DNA of 64,000 bases, from contig JAEXRW010000028.1 of the NCBI GenBank assembly GCA_023454175.1, positions 2,200 through 66,199 of the forward strand. Direction: 5' to 3'. A model generated the notes under the pieces. It saw only the letters and a list, made by a program, of their open reading frames with translations. It made no database searches and had not been told where the DNA came from. Shown here piece by piece: positions 18,617 to 30,016 of this stretch. Each line of letters starts with the position of its first letter. The stretch's first letter is position 1. The translations under genes were made by a program, and so were the position numbers. Source of the DNA: Bacillota bacterium (lineage in GTDB: Bacteria > Bacillota > Clostridia > Christensenellales > JAEXRW01).

Positions 18617-19507
18617 ATGACGAGCCTGAAAAGCACACTGCTCAAAGCCACACTCAAGACGATATCACCACTCATCGGGAACGCGGACATCCAGATCCAA
18701 CGGCGGCAGACGGACTACCTGAGCACACTGAAAAAGTGGTACTCGGGCGTCTATATCAAACCGGCGGAGCTGGGGGAAGTGAAAGGCGAATGGTTTGACG
18801 TGGAGGGGAGCCCTGATAAACCGGTCATCCTCTACTTCCACGGAGGGGCATACGTGACGGGATCCCTGATCTCCAGCCGGGTACTGGCGGGGGAGATCGC
18901 GATGGCGGCACTCCTCAAAACGTTATCGTTTGAATACAGGCTGGCGCCCGAGCACCCGTACCCGGCCGCGCTGCAGGACGCGCTCTCGGCATACAACCAC
19001 CTGCTGGAAAGCGGGTTTGAAGCAAAAGACATCGTGTTTGCGGGGGAGTCGGCGGGGGGCGGGCTGCTGCTGGCCACCGCGATGGCTCTGCGGGAATACG
19101 GCTGCGAACTGCCCGCGGCGCTGGTATGCCTTTCGCCGTGGACGGACCTGACGTGCACGGGCAAATCCCACACCTCCAACGCCGAAAAAGACCCGATGCT
19201 GCGCCGCGACGGGCTGATGGAATCCGCAAAAGCCTATGCGGGAGAGGTATCGCTGAACCTGCACCACATCTCCCCGCTTTACGGGAAATTTGACGGGTTC
19301 CCGCCCACGCTGATCCAGGTGGGGAAGGACGAGGTCCTGTACAGCGATTCGGAACAGTTATTCAAAAAGATGAAGAAAGCGGGCGCTGACGCGACGCTCT
19401 CGAGCTGGGACGGCATGTGGCACGTATGGCACATCTGGGAGATACGGGAGGCGCACGAGGCGCTGGCACAGGTGGGGGCATTCATCCATGAGAAGACGGG
19501 GAAGTGA
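18617..19507 (+). CDS. alpha/beta hydrolase fold-3 esterase/lipase
   Basis: HGGAYVTGS oxyanion motif, GESAGGGL (GxSxG), C-terminal His. RBS GGAGG. Confidence 0.75.
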   Translation: MTSLKSTLLKATLKTISPLIGNADIQIQRRQTDYLSTLKKWYSGVYIKPAELGEVKGEWFDVEGSPDKPVILYFHGGAYVTGSLISSRVLAGEIAMAALLKTLSFEYRLAPEHPYPAALQDALSAYNHLLESGFEAKDIVFAGESAGGGLLLATAMALREYGCELPAALVCLSPWTDLTCTGKSHTSNAEKDPMLRRDGLMESAKAYAGEVSLNLHHISPLYGKFDGFPPTLIQVGKDEVLYSDSEQLFKKMKKAGADATLSSWDGMWHVWHIWEIREAHEALAQVGAFIHEKTGK

Positions 19508-19682
19508 TGATATTCACAATACATATTTACTGAGAAAAACAAGAGAAGCAGGAAATAATTGATAGAGTACATTCAAATATGATAAAATATCATTTATAGA
19601 CGATACGCGTCATTCAATACCTGGCAGGGCCGGACATCATTGCTATAACATCATGCCAAACAAAACATTCCGGAGGTCTATC

Positions 19683-22600
19683 ATGCGAAAAACGATACTT
19701 GCCGCGGCTATTTCGTTTTTCATGGTGTTCAGTTTATTGCCTGCGATCGCTTTGGCCGAAGAGGAAGGCGGATATGCCTATACCGTTTCGGATGAAAAGG
19801 CAACGATAACGGGGTATACGGGGTCCGATACGAACATCTCCATACCCGTGCAACTGGGCGGATATGCTGTGACCCAATTAGGGGACGAATCCTTTCAAGA
19901 TAAAACCACATTGAAGAGCATCACCCTGCCTGACGGCATCACCAACGTGGGCAGCCATGCCTTCAGCAACTGCAGCCAGCTCAGCAAACTCTACTTCTTC
20001 GGCGAGCAGCCTGCGTTTGGAGAAGAAGCATTTTCAGGCGTTTCATCCGATTTCAAAGTCTATTATCCTATCAGCAAATCAGAAAACTGGTCGACCTATA
20101 CCGCCTCATCCAAGCAGGCATTCTGCAGCCTCACCCTGAAAATGCTGGATGGCAGCGATGACATCATCAGCAAGGCGAACGTGGACGGCGGCTCCATCCC
20201 CGATCCCGAAGAACCTGAGAGGGATGGATACACCTTCGGAGGGTGGTATTTGGACGAGGGATGCAATACGCAGTGGACCAATGAAAACATCCAATCAGAC
20301 GTCATCCTCTATGCAAAATGGGTCCCCCAGGCCACCACGGTAACCGTAACATTCAATTCAATGGGCGGAAGCGAAGTGGATGTGGCGACCGCCGAATCGG
20401 GCTCCACCATAACCAAACCTTCAAAGCCTATAAACCCCGGGTTCAGTTTCGGAGGCTGGTACCGGGAAGAGGCATGCAGCACCGAATGGGCGTTTGACAC
20501 GGATACCGTCACTGAGAATATCACGCTCTACGCCAAATGGACAAGCAACGGCACACCCTTTACCGGGAGCGGAACAGAGGAAGATCCGTATGGCATATCA
20601 ACCCCGGAACAACTCAATGCAGTACGAGATCACCTGGATGGACATTTCATCCTGCTCAACGATATAGACCTATATGCGGCAACAGCGCCAGGCGGAGAAT
20701 TTTATAACAGCGGAAAAGGATGGACACCAATCGGAGACAACCTGACTCCCTTTACCGGTTTTTTTAACGGTGGCGGATTTGTTATCAAAAACATGCATAT
20801 CAGCAACCCGGCCATACTTTATATCGGGTTGTTTGGGAGAAATAGCGGCACGATCACGAGGTTAGGAACGCAGAATTGTGAGATTACAGCAAATGATGCA
20901 GGAGATGCAGAAATCTTTATCGGAAGCATTGCAGGTTCCAATTACGGTACGATCCGTGAGTGTTACAATACCGGGCACATCCTGGTATCATCTTATTTTG
21001 CAAAGGTAGGCGGTATAGCCGGAGGGTATGGAACGATAGAAAAATGCTTCAATACCGGCACAATATCTGCAAACGGATACTATGCATACGTGGGAGGTAT
21101 TGCAGGTTTCGCTGGGACAATCAAAGAGTGTTATAACACGGGGAGCATCACCTTCGGCAGCGAAGAAACACTCGATACTTTCGGCGCAATAGCTGGCAGC
21201 GGCAGTACAAAAGTCAGCAACTGCTATTTTTCCAATTTTGGTTTTAGAGGGGTTGCAGAAAACTATGGTGGTTCACAGACATTCAGGAAGTCTGCTTTAG
21301 AAATGACCCGGATGTCCACTTTTACCGCCTTTGACTTTGAAAATACATGGATCATGTCTTCGGATACTGACTTCCCATGCCCTATTCTTAAAGGCGTTCA
21401 TTTCTTTGCAGGTAATGAAAACACCTCGGAGTTTTCAGGTGGCGTTGGTACCATTTACAATCCATATAAGGTTGGCACACCTGATCAACTCAATAATGTG
21501 CGACATTACCTGGGTGCACACTTTGTCATGACAAACAATATTGACCTACTGGATGCTACTTCCGAAGGCGGCGAATATTACAACGACGGCGCAGGATGGA
21601 TACCGATCGGCGGGGACTATCAGGATGCTTTTTGTGGCAGTTTCGATGGCGGCGGTCATACCATTAACGGGCTAAGATGCGTCTATGCAACGACTGAGAC
21701 CAATTCGGCGCTGTTTGCAAGAAACGACGGTGAAATAACAAATCTCGGTTTGAACAATATTTATATACAAACCAGGGGTAGAGCTGCAGGGGTAGCTGCA
21801 AAAAACAGCGGGATAATCAGTCATTGCTTCGTCGGCGGTGAAATCAGCGGCGAGTACGAATGCGGGGGCATCTCTGCAGCTTCAGACGGGAAAATCACCT
21901 CCTGTTACAATACATCGACTGTTACAGCCCAAAATGTCTCTTCTTCGATCGGCGGTATCGTTGGGTACATGCGGGATAATGGAGAAGCGGGATATTGCTA
22001 TAATACCGGAAACATCCGAAATCTGATGAACAGCGGCTTGGATTCTGCGGGTGGAATCGCAGGAACAGGGTTGTACAGTGACAACACCGCGATCCATGAC
22101 TGCTTTAATATGGGAGCTGTATCCGTAGCTTATGATCAGGATTCAGCGGGAGGCATCGCTGGTGAATACATCGATGACATCAAACACTGCTATAATATCG
22201 GGAGCGTATCAGGAAGCGACTGCTCTGCCGCTATCGTATACAGTGCACCGAGCACCATAACGGATACCTATTTCCTGGACACCGGCGAACCTGGGCTGAT
22301 CGGCGCGACGGATGGCTACGACAGGGAGCTATCCAATAAAAAAACGCATATTGAGATGACACAGCGGACGACGTTCACGGCATTTGATTTTGATAACATA
22401 TGGGAAATGCCTGTTACCGGGTGCTACCTGTATCCAGTATTAAAAGGTTTGCCGCACGATCCCCTCCAAGGTGAAACCCAAAAGTTCGATGGTGGTCTGG
22501 GGACAATAGCAAGCCCATTCATCATCGCCACTCCTGAACACCTGAACAATGTCCGACTTTATGACCATAAATACTTTATTCTGGCCAATGATATCGACAT

Positions 22601-25600
22601 GTCATCTGCCACATCTGAAGGCGGTGCGTACTACAATAATGGGGCCGGATGGGAGCCCATCGGCTTTTCATCTTCGTTAAATATTCATTTTGACGGCGGT
22701 GGACATTCCATTTCAGGTCTTAAAATTAACCGTCCGGAACAAAGTAACATCGGGTTGTTTGGCCGAATTACGTCTTCTTCCATCAAAAACCTAAAAATGC
22801 TTGACGTCGATGTCACCAGTGCCTATATCTGCGGCGGGATCGCAGGATCGTGCAGCGGAGAAATCAAAAACTGCAGTGTATCAGGATCGATCACGGGAAC
22901 CAAAACGCAGACGAATTACGGCGTAGGCGGGATCGCTGGTATCATGTATTCCGGGGATATATCTTTTTGCACGAATACCGCAAAAATTTCTTCCTATGTC
23001 AAAGCGGGAGGTATCGTGGGGGATACCGAAGGCAATATATCCTATTGCTCCAATCACGGAGCCATAACAGGCCTGGGCACCACGGTCATAGGCGGTATAG
23101 CCGGAGAAACCCACGGAAGAATCCGCGATTGCTACAATACTGCAGACCTGTTTCAAACAAATCCCGACGAAGATTCAGGCGGCATTGCAGGCTGGCATTA
23201 TTACAGCGGCTATACATATACAAATTGCTATAATATCGGCCATGCAACGTATGGAATCACTGCATGCAACTGGACGAATATAACCCTATGGTCACATTGT
23301 TATTACCTGGAGGGGATGTGTGAAAAAGAAGGGAATTATGGTGATCCAAAAAGTGCAACTGCTTTACAAAGTCAATCGTCCTATGAAGGATATGATTTCG
23401 CAAATGTCTGGACTATGGCCGGTGAAACCACCTATCCTTTTGCCGAATTGCAGAACATTATACAACCAACTGTAAAGGTTCAAGGAACATTAGATCTGAG
23501 TGATTTCGGGGACAATTCCACAATCACTGTTGGAACGGTAGAAACCGGATCCAATGTGATACTGACAAATAACACTGGGGCCACGTTCAACAATGTACGA
23601 ATTGTATGCCTAGCCGGAACAACCATCACCTTAAACAATGTGAAAATTTATAACAGGGCGGGCTCGCCATATTGCTGTGCCTTGTCATTCTCCGGCACCG
23701 GCAATGAACTGATCGTGCAAGGCGAATGTTCCCTACAAAGCGGAAGCGACAGCCCGGGAATAAAAGTACAGGCAGGGACCTCCCTGGAAATACAAGGCAC
23801 CGGAACACTCGATGTCAGCGGCTGCTCAGGGATCGGTGCCTATGGCAACTACTCAGCGGGGAATATCACGATCCATAGTGGAACGATCATTGCTTTAGGA
23901 CGATGGGATGGTGCAGGCATCGGCGGTGGAGAAAATGGCTCAGGCGGCACAATAACGATAACCGGCGGCATCGTGTCTGCCAGAAGCAACGCAGATGGTG
24001 CGGGGATCGGCGGCGGCGACGGTGGTGACGGCGGGATCATCAATATCGAAGGTGGGCAGGTAACGGCACAGGGATCCTGGGCTGCAGGTATCGGTGGCGG
24101 TTATGGCGGGGATGGAGGGAGTATCACCATTTCCGGTGGAACAGTAAACGCGATAGGCTCCATGTATTCGGCAGGTATTGGCGGTGGATATGGTGGCAAT
24201 GGTGGGACTATCGTAATCAATGATGGTACGATTTATGCAGCAAGAGGCACTGATGCACCGTGTGATATCGGCTATGGAAATTTTAGAGGAACAGGATCCC
24301 TGGAAATATCGGGCAATGCTATCGTATTCCTGAAAAACGGGGTATGCGTCACACCTATAAACAATACGCACACGCTCCTGTCCACCCAAACCATCGTTAA
24401 TCATAAAGCGTTCGGACTTGAAATACCTTATCCCTGGACTACCCCGGTATATGCATACCTAAACAACGATGACGTATTTACGGCCAGATATAATATAAAT
24501 GGCGGAACAGGGAATAATCCTGAATCTATAACGCAATACAAAAACACGAAAACAATTATCCAAAGCGGGGATAAGCTAACCAAGAACAGGCTGCATTTCC
24601 TATACTGGAATACGCTGCCGGACGGTACAGGCGAGCGATATAATGCCGGCGACGAGTATACCTTTACTGCAAACATAACGCTATATGCGATATATGAGAA
24701 GCCAATTAGTGTCTCTTCAGTAACGATAAGCGGCAACAACGAGCCAATACTCTGCGGAACCTATCGGGCGCTGTGGGCAACAGTCGTACCCTCAAACGCA
24801 ACGTATCCGGAAATAACCTGGTCCAGCAGTGACAAATCAGTGGCTACCGTAGATCAGAATGGCATCGTTGAAGCCATCCAAACAGGCAAAGCATTTATAT
24901 CGGCGGCTGTGGACGGCATTACCGGTTCATGCGAAGTGACTGTGTACAGATATTTTACCGTACAGTTTGATTCACGGAGCGGAAGCATATACGATGATCA
25001 ATTCGTAAAACCAAATTCAACCATTACCAAACCGTCAGATCCCTACAAAGAAGGCCATTCATTTGAAGGGTGGTATAGGGACAATGCCTATCGCTCAAAA
25101 TGGAATTTCGAAAAGGATCCAGTATCTACAGATATGATTCTATATGCAAAGTGGACTGTCAACTCTTATAGCGTAAACTTCAACACACAAAACGGGGGTA
25201 AGATCGACAGCAAAATCACGAATTACAATACAACTATCACCAAGCCCGTAATTGATCCTCAAAAACAAGAATTTACCTTTGCAGGCTGGTACAAGGAGAA
25301 GGAATGCGTAAACATATGGAATTTCAATACCGACAAGGTGACATGCGATACAACGCTTTACGCCAAATGGCAGCCTGTGAGCGCCTATCTCTCGGGGCTC
25401 AAGTTAACACAGGGAGCAAGCATCACCCCCGCATTCTACAAAGCGAAGTACAGCTACAAAGTTCTGCTGAATGAGAACACCGGGCGCGTAACGCTGACGC
25501 CAACCAAGGAGAACAAAACGGCAACCATGACGCTGAACGGCGCGGGCGGATCCAGCCTGACGGTGGAACTGAAGAACGGCCAGACGGTAACGCGCAAGAT

Positions 25601-26240
25601 ACGGGTATACTGTGCGAGTACAACAAGAACCTATACCTTCACCATCACAAGGGAGAAATCCTCGAACAACTACCTATCCGGGCTGACGGCCAAAGGCGCG
25701 GGCATCACACCCGTATTCAGCAAGTACCAGACGGAGTACAGGGTGGAGCTGCCGGAGGGGACAGATAAAACGACGATCTACGCAACCGCCGAACGCGCGG
25801 ATGTGGCGAAGGTGTATTATTCGGTCAGGTCCTATACATTGAAAAACGGCGAGACAAGAAACATCACGATCAAGGTGCGTTCCCAGAAGGGGGTGTACCG
25901 GTACTACCATGTGACGATCCACCGCGCGAAATCCACCAACACAAACCTCGCCTCGCTGTACACGAATTCATCGAGGTGCAGGCTGTCGGCGCCGTTCAAC
26001 GCAAACATTACGGATTACACCATGACAATGCCGGCCAACCAGAGCTCCGTATCCATCTACTCAAAGGCGGCAGACCGGTTATCCAAGGTGAGCGCGAAGG
26101 TGACGATCAACGGCGTCACCAGGGCCACCAACCGGGTGAGCCTGGCCAAAGGGCAAAGCGCCGTCGTAGAGATCACCGTGACAGCCCAGTCCAAGGATAC
26201 AAAGGTCTACCGTATCACGATCACAAGAGCGACGGTATAA
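19683..26240 (+). CDS. giant multidomain cell-surface protein
   Basis: Signal peptide and RBS GGAGG. In order: BspA-type leucine-rich repeats; Listeria-Bacteroides (InlB B-repeat-like) domains (GYTFGGWY...LYAKW, several copies); about 8 GLUG-type repeats (GGIAG..G.I..CYNTG); a Gly-rich GAGIGGG.GG.GG.I.I.GG region; a Big_2 domain; four cadherin-like C-terminal repeats. Confidence 0.8.
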   Translation: MRKTILAAAISFFMVFSLLPAIALAEEEGGYAYTVSDEKATITGYTGSDTNISIPVQLGGYAVTQLGDESFQDKTTLKSITLPDGITNVGSHAFSNCSQLSKLYFFGEQPAFGEEAFSGVSSDFKVYYPISKSENWSTYTASSKQAFCSLTLKMLDGSDDIISKANVDGGSIPDPEEPERDGYTFGGWYLDEGCNTQWTNENIQSDVILYAKWVPQATTVTVTFNSMGGSEVDVATAESGSTITKPSKPINPGFSFGGWYREEACSTEWAFDTDTVTENITLYAKWTSNGTPFTGSGTEEDPYGISTPEQLNAVRDHLDGHFILLNDIDLYAATAPGGEFYNSGKGWTPIGDNLTPFTGFFNGGGFVIKNMHISNPAILYIGLFGRNSGTITRLGTQNCEITANDAGDAEIFIGSIAGSNYGTIRECYNTGHILVSSYFAKVGGIAGGYGTIEKCFNTGTISANGYYAYVGGIAGFAGTIKECYNTGSITFGSEETLDTFGAIAGSGSTKVSNCYFSNFGFRGVAENYGGSQTFRKSALEMTRMSTFTAFDFENTWIMSSDTDFPCPILKGVHFFAGNENTSEFSGGVGTIYNPYKVGTPDQLNNVRHYLGAHFVMTNNIDLLDATSEGGEYYNDGAGWIPIGGDYQDAFCGSFDGGGHTINGLRCVYATTETNSALFARNDGEITNLGLNNIYIQTRGRAAGVAAKNSGIISHCFVGGEISGEYECGGISAASDGKITSCYNTSTVTAQNVSSSIGGIVGYMRDNGEAGYCYNTGNIRNLMNSGLDSAGGIAGTGLYSDNTAIHDCFNMGAVSVAYDQDSAGGIAGEYIDDIKHCYNIGSVSGSDCSAAIVYSAPSTITDTYFLDTGEPGLIGATDGYDRELSNKKTHIEMTQRTTFTAFDFDNIWEMPVTGCYLYPVLKGLPHDPLQGETQKFDGGLGTIASPFIIATPEHLNNVRLYDHKYFILANDIDMSSATSEGGAYYNNGAGWEPIGFSSSLNIHFDGGGHSISGLKINRPEQSNIGLFGRITSSSIKNLKMLDVDVTSAYICGGIAGSCSGEIKNCSVSGSITGTKTQTNYGVGGIAGIMYSGDISFCTNTAKISSYVKAGGIVGDTEGNISYCSNHGAITGLGTTVIGGIAGETHGRIRDCYNTADLFQTNPDEDSGGIAGWHYYSGYTYTNCYNIGHATYGITACNWTNITLWSHCYYLEGMCEKEGNYGDPKSATALQSQSSYEGYDFANVWTMAGETTYPFAELQNIIQPTVKVQGTLDLSDFGDNSTITVGTVETGSNVILTNNTGATFNNVRIVCLAGTTITLNNVKIYNRAGSPYCCALSFSGTGNELIVQGECSLQSGSDSPGIKVQAGTSLEIQGTGTLDVSGCSGIGAYGNYSAGNITIHSGTIIALGRWDGAGIGGGENGSGGTITITGGIVSARSNADGAGIGGGDGGDGGIINIEGGQVTAQGSWAAGIGGGYGGDGGSITISGGTVNAIGSMYSAGIGGGYGGNGGTIVINDGTIYAARGTDAPCDIGYGNFRGTGSLEISGNAIVFLKNGVCVTPINNTHTLLSTQTIVNHKAFGLEIPYPWTTPVYAYLNNDDVFTARYNINGGTGNNPESITQYKNTKTIIQSGDKLTKNRLHFLYWNTLPDGTGERYNAGDEYTFTANITLYAIYEKPISVSSVTISGNNEPILCGTYRALWATVVPSNATYPEITWSSSDKSVATVDQNGIVEAIQTGKAFISAAVDGITGSCEVTVYRYFTVQFDSRSGSIYDDQFVKPNSTITKPSDPYKEGHSFEGWYRDNAYRSKWNFEKDPVSTDMILYAKWTVNSYSVNFNTQNGGKIDSKITNYNTTITKPVIDPQKQEFTFAGWYKEKECVNIWNFNTDKVTCDTTLYAKWQPVSAYLSGLKLTQGASITPAFYKAKYSYKVLLNENTGRVTLTPTKENKTATMTLNGAGGSSLTVELKNGQTVTRKIRVYCASTTRTYTFTITREKSSNNYLSGLTAKGAGITPVFSKYQTEYRVELPEGTDKTTIYATAERADVAKVYYSVRSYTLKNGETRNITIKVRSQKGVYRYYHVTIHRAKSTNTNLASLYTNSSRCRLSAPFNANITDYTMTMPANQSSVSIYSKAADRLSKVSAKVTINGVTRATNRVSLAKGQSAVVEITVTAQSKDTKVYRITITRATV

Positions 26241-26380
26241 CCACGGTTTTGCCTAAACCATATTCAAAGCAAAGGCATGGAACAAGCCACCCTGTTCCAT
26301 GCCTTTGCTTGTTCGCGGGCGGCTATCCTGCGGGGCTGACAGCGGTACCAAAGCAAAAAGTAAACAAAAATGATACGCTT

Positions 26381-26410
26381 TTGACAAAGCATCGTAAAAA
26401 GTACTATAAT
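26381..26410 (+). promoter_or_regulatory. sigma-A-type promoter (TTGACA-18-TATAAT)
   Basis: ttgacaaagcatcgtaaaaagtactataat lies about 110 nt upstream of the SH3b/PG-binding gene. Confidence 0.5.
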
Positions 26411-26517
26411 GCAGTCAGCCGCAATGCGGCATAACCATTGCTGTATCCAACCAACGTCTGAACCGGAACCCACGATCCAATTTATTTCAAATCCTGCTGA
26501 AGCCGGAGAAAAAAACG

Positions 26518-27966
26518 ATGCTTTCAGGAATCAAGAAGTTTATCGCCACCATGACAATATCCGCACTCGTCTTTTCGGCATTGGCCGCGGCCGTGCCCAC
26601 GGCAAGCGCATCCGCAAGCGCATCCGCAGGCGCATCCGCAAGCGCGTCCACCGCGCGGAACGGCACGATCAACACGCAGGGCGCCAATTTGCGGGAGAAA
26701 CCCGCCACGACAGCCGACGTGATCACCAAAATGGACCAGGGCACCCAAGTGAACGTGCTGGGGAACGAAAGCAACGGCTGGTACAAGATACGCTACCAGA
26801 AGAAAACCGGCTATACCCGGGCGGACTACGTGGACGTACTGGTGAGCAACCTGAGGGACCCGGCCGTGATGATATCCGACGCGACGATGACGAAGCAGCC
26901 CGACCCCGCCAGCGAGGCGATCGAATCCCTGAAAAGCGACACACAGGTGACGGTGACGGGGGCCTACGGGGCGATGTACAAAGTGGCGGACGGGCAGAAA
27001 AGCGGGTATGTGCCCAAAAGCTGCGTGCATATCTACACGATCGTTTCTATCGACCTGAAGGCGACGATCAGCTCGGGCGGCGTGAACCTGCGGAGCATCC
27101 CCAGCGCATCGGGCCAGAACCTGACGACGATGACTAAGGGCGCGAGCGTGACGGCGTACAGCATCCAGGACCACTGGGTGAGAATCAACTATTCGGGCAA
27201 GACAGGTTACGTAAGAGGGGACTTCGTCAGCTATTCATTGCCGGCGCATTCCAACATCACCACCCTCTCCCCGGGCATGAAGGGGCCGATGGTGACAAAC
27301 CTGCAGACCGTGCTGAAGAAAGCGGGATACTTCTACGCCGCCGCAAACGGCGTATACGGCAGCGCGACCAAGAAAGCGGTGGCCGATTACCAGAAATTCG
27401 CCCATATGAAAGCGGACGGGATCGCAGGCGCACAGACGCTGCTGCTGCTTTTCGGCCCGCAGGGGGCGGCCAAGCTGTGGAGCAATTACAGGTCCTCCAT
27501 GCCGGCGCAGAAGCCGAGGCAGAACGGGCGGGTATGGCTGGACGACTGGTTTGGATACATGGAAAAGACCGTGAAGAAAATGGAGCCTTTCGAGGTCATC
27601 GACGTGCGTACGGGGATCCACTGGAAGATGCAGCGCTTCGGCGGCTGGTGGCACGCGGACGTGGAGACGATGACGAAAGCCGATACGGAGGCCATGAAAA
27701 AGGCCTGGGGCGGGGAAATGAACCCATCCAGGCGGCCCGTATGGGTGCGCATCGGGGACAAGTATTATGCCGCGAGCCTCATGGGATTCATCCATAACCG
27801 GGGCACCATTTACTCAAACGGGCTGGGCGGGCAGGTCTGCCTGCACTTCCGGGGGAGCAGGATCCACGAGTCCGGGCATATCGACGAAGCCCACCAGGCG
27901 TGCGTCATGGAAGCCTATAACAAGGCGGCCAGGCTGGACGCGCTGATCGACGCGGGCAAGGTATGA
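26518..27966 (+). CDS. secreted SH3b-domain and peptidoglycan-binding-domain protein (putative cell-wall hydrolase)
   Basis: Signal peptide, (AS)n linker, two SH3b-like modules (GYTRADYV / GYVRGDFV), PG_binding_1-like helix (LQTVLKKAGYFY...GIAGAQTL). C-terminal ~180-aa domain unassigned. TTGACA-18-TATAAT promoter upstream. Confidence 0.6.
   Translation: MLSGIKKFIATMTISALVFSALAAAVPTASASASASAGASASASTARNGTINTQGANLREKPATTADVITKMDQGTQVNVLGNESNGWYKIRYQKKTGYTRADYVDVLVSNLRDPAVMISDATMTKQPDPASEAIESLKSDTQVTVTGAYGAMYKVADGQKSGYVPKSCVHIYTIVSIDLKATISSGGVNLRSIPSASGQNLTTMTKGASVTAYSIQDHWVRINYSGKTGYVRGDFVSYSLPAHSNITTLSPGMKGPMVTNLQTVLKKAGYFYAAANGVYGSATKKAVADYQKFAHMKADGIAGAQTLLLLFGPQGAAKLWSNYRSSMPAQKPRQNGRVWLDDWFGYMEKTVKKMEPFEVIDVRTGIHWKMQRFGGWWHADVETMTKADTEAMKKAWGGEMNPSRRPVWVRIGDKYYAASLMGFIHNRGTIYSNGLGGQVCLHFRGSRIHESGHIDEAHQACVMEAYNKAARLDALIDAGKV
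26605..26650 (+). repeat. 12-bp tandem repeat (agcgcatccgca x~3.7) encoding an (Ala-Ser)n linker
   Basis: Direct reading. Translates to SASASASAGASASAS inside CDS 26518..27966. Confidence 0.7.
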
Positions 27967-28015
27967 TGCGCTGCCCATGCAACCAACGTTACGAAATGAA
28001 AAGGATATGCCGTAT

Positions 28016-28819
28016 ATGAAGAAATTGATGTTATTTGTCCTGGCCATCCTATGCTCCATGGCGCTTCTGGGCGGATGCGCCAGCCCGGCCCTGGCCACAG
28101 ACGCCGGCCCATCGCCTTCGGCAACGGTTTCGGCGCCCGCTCCCACCGCCATCCCCACGGACACGGCGGCGGCATCCCCCTCCCCCAGCGGGGAGCAGGG
28201 TGGCACCGACGGCGTCACCCTGGACGGGGTGACGTACTACCTGGACGGGGAAGACGCGGCGGCGGCGAATTACGGCGAGGATGCCCCCCTGCACATGAAA
28301 AAGGCGGACGGCACGGATGACAAGGACCTGGGCGTACGGGGCTTCAACTTTGACATCATCGGCGAGTACATCTATATCGATTCCCACGACCCGGACCTGA
28401 CCGGGAGAGGGGACAGGACCTGGAGCACAACCCGGCTGAACAAGGACGGGAGCGCCAAGGTCAGGCTCGAATACGGCAGCATGTCGGACCGGCTGGTGCC
28501 CGAGGGCGGGAAGGCGTTTTATTTCACCACGATGGGGGACAGCGCCATCTACATAGCCGACTTTGCCTGTGAGACCGTGGACACCCTGAACGTCTCCCTG
28601 CCCGACAAAGGCGAACTGGATAAAAAGCTGGGCGCAAACAAGATCCTGCACGTGGGCATCGGCGAAGTGAAAGACGGGTGGATCACATTTGACGCGACTT
28701 TTTCGAACAGAGACGGCATCGCCCTGTACAACGGGACATACAAGATCACGGGGGACGGCACATCGATATCCAAGGTGAAAGGCGATTACATCACCAGCGG
28801 CGCGATGGAAAATGAATAA
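28016..28819 (+). CDS. lipoprotein of unknown function
   Basis: Signal peptide with LLGGC lipobox, followed by an Ala/Pro/Ser linker. Confidence 0.5.
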   Translation: MKKLMLFVLAILCSMALLGGCASPALATDAGPSPSATVSAPAPTAIPTDTAAASPSPSGEQGGTDGVTLDGVTYYLDGEDAAAANYGEDAPLHMKKADGTDDKDLGVRGFNFDIIGEYIYIDSHDPDLTGRGDRTWSTTRLNKDGSAKVRLEYGSMSDRLVPEGGKAFYFTTMGDSAIYIADFACETVDTLNVSLPDKGELDKKLGANKILHVGIGEVKDGWITFDATFSNRDGIALYNGTYKITGDGTSISKVKGDYITSGAMENE

Positions 28820-29172
28820 GCTTGCTGCCCATTTATTCCTAAAAATAATTATTCTTAATTGTCCCTTGAAATACGCTGAACTTAAGGTATATATCATCAT
28901 TGTTCAATAAAGTATCTGTAACGTTATGTTGATGAGTTTTGTTTTGGATACAACAATCGTAAAAGAGATATGTTTAACTTGGTGCTAAAGCAAGCGGTAA
29001 AATGAAAAGAGGTCCCCTCAAAGGACCTCTACCCGTAAAGGGTTAGTGCTGTTAATGCTTCACGCATTAGACCCGCTATGGGGTTAGTTTCCTACATTAT
29101 ACTAACAATATTAGAATTTTGCAACTAAAATATTATAACTTAAAAAGCGCAATATTCTAGTTGCTTTTTTAT

Positions 29173-29886
29173 TCACTTTTCCTGCCTAAGATATAATCGT
29201 CTTATTTTGTCGTCAATTTCGTTCAGCTTCTCTGGGGCTAATTTAAAACCTGCAAATCTGTCCGATAGTGACTTGGGAAAAACGATTCTCATTTTGCTTA
29301 GAGCACATAACTGATTAATTTTAGCAACGGAACCCTTATTTAAGTTTCTTAGCTCCCTTTCGTCCCTTTTCAATTTCTTTTCTAATATAGTCGTGTCTTT
29401 CCCCTGATTTGTTAATACTACAATCTGTTCTTTTGTTTTTGCGATCAGTTTTTGATAATCTTCGATTTCGCTCTTAAATATTCCTCTCCCTAGAAATACT
29501 CCATTATTGGGGTCGATATCTTCTTCTGACTTGTCATCGTCTAGGGAAGTTAACGGAACTACCATAATCGTTCTATTTGTCTTTGCGTTATTATTTTCAA
29601 CCACGAGGCAATAATGGAGCCCACCATCTTCGCTACCTATCTTGAATCCAAGTTCTGCCTTTAAAACATTTCCTCTTTCATAGTATATTAAGCTCTCATA
29701 ATTAAAGGATCTTTCGTTTGGAAGATATTTGCCCGCCCAATCATTTAACCAATATACTAATTTCCTAGCTACATCAAAACTTATATCATGCAACATTGTA
29801 TCTTTTAAGACTCCAAGAACCTTATCAATATTATCCTCTAATTCTTCTTGGCATGTCATTGCAGAAATCTTTGCTTGGTTGGCCAT
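29173..29886 (-). CDS. extended MazF/PemK-fold protein (237 aa) in a low-GC islet
   Basis: Core ERGNVLKAELGFKIGSEDGGLHYCLVV...NRTIMVVPLTS matches the MazF/PemK signature (RGdi..v.f...GsE..g.RPalVv...vvvPiTs). It carries an extra ~70-aa N-terminal and ~100-aa charged C-terminal extension. Gene is ~33% GC. No upstream antitoxin ORF. Confidence 0.5.
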   Translation of the reverse strand: MANQAKISAMTCQEELEDNIDKVLGVLKDTMLHDISFDVARKLVYWLNDWAGKYLPNERSFNYESLIYYERGNVLKAELGFKIGSEDGGLHYCLVVENNNAKTNRTIMVVPLTSLDDDKSEEDIDPNNGVFLGRGIFKSEIEDYQKLIAKTKEQIVVLTNQGKDTTILEKKLKRDERELRNLNKGSVAKINQLCALSKMRIVFPKSLSDRFAGFKLAPEKLNEIDDKIRRLYLRQEK

Positions 29887-30016
29887 GAGCCTACCCCCAA
29901 CAAACCATTTTCCCCAATTATATCACATTACTGGATATATTGTTATATTTTGATGGAGTGCGTATACTTTAATGGGGCAGGTAAAATTCAAGCATTTTCT
30001 ATTCAGGAGCAATAAG

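Noticed and set aside
28980-29110. Possible tRNA or tRNA fragment as the insertion site for the low-GC islet
   Set aside because: There are hairpins (gaggtcccctcaaaggacctc) but no cloverleaf, anticodon loop or T-loop consensus. More likely a terminator.
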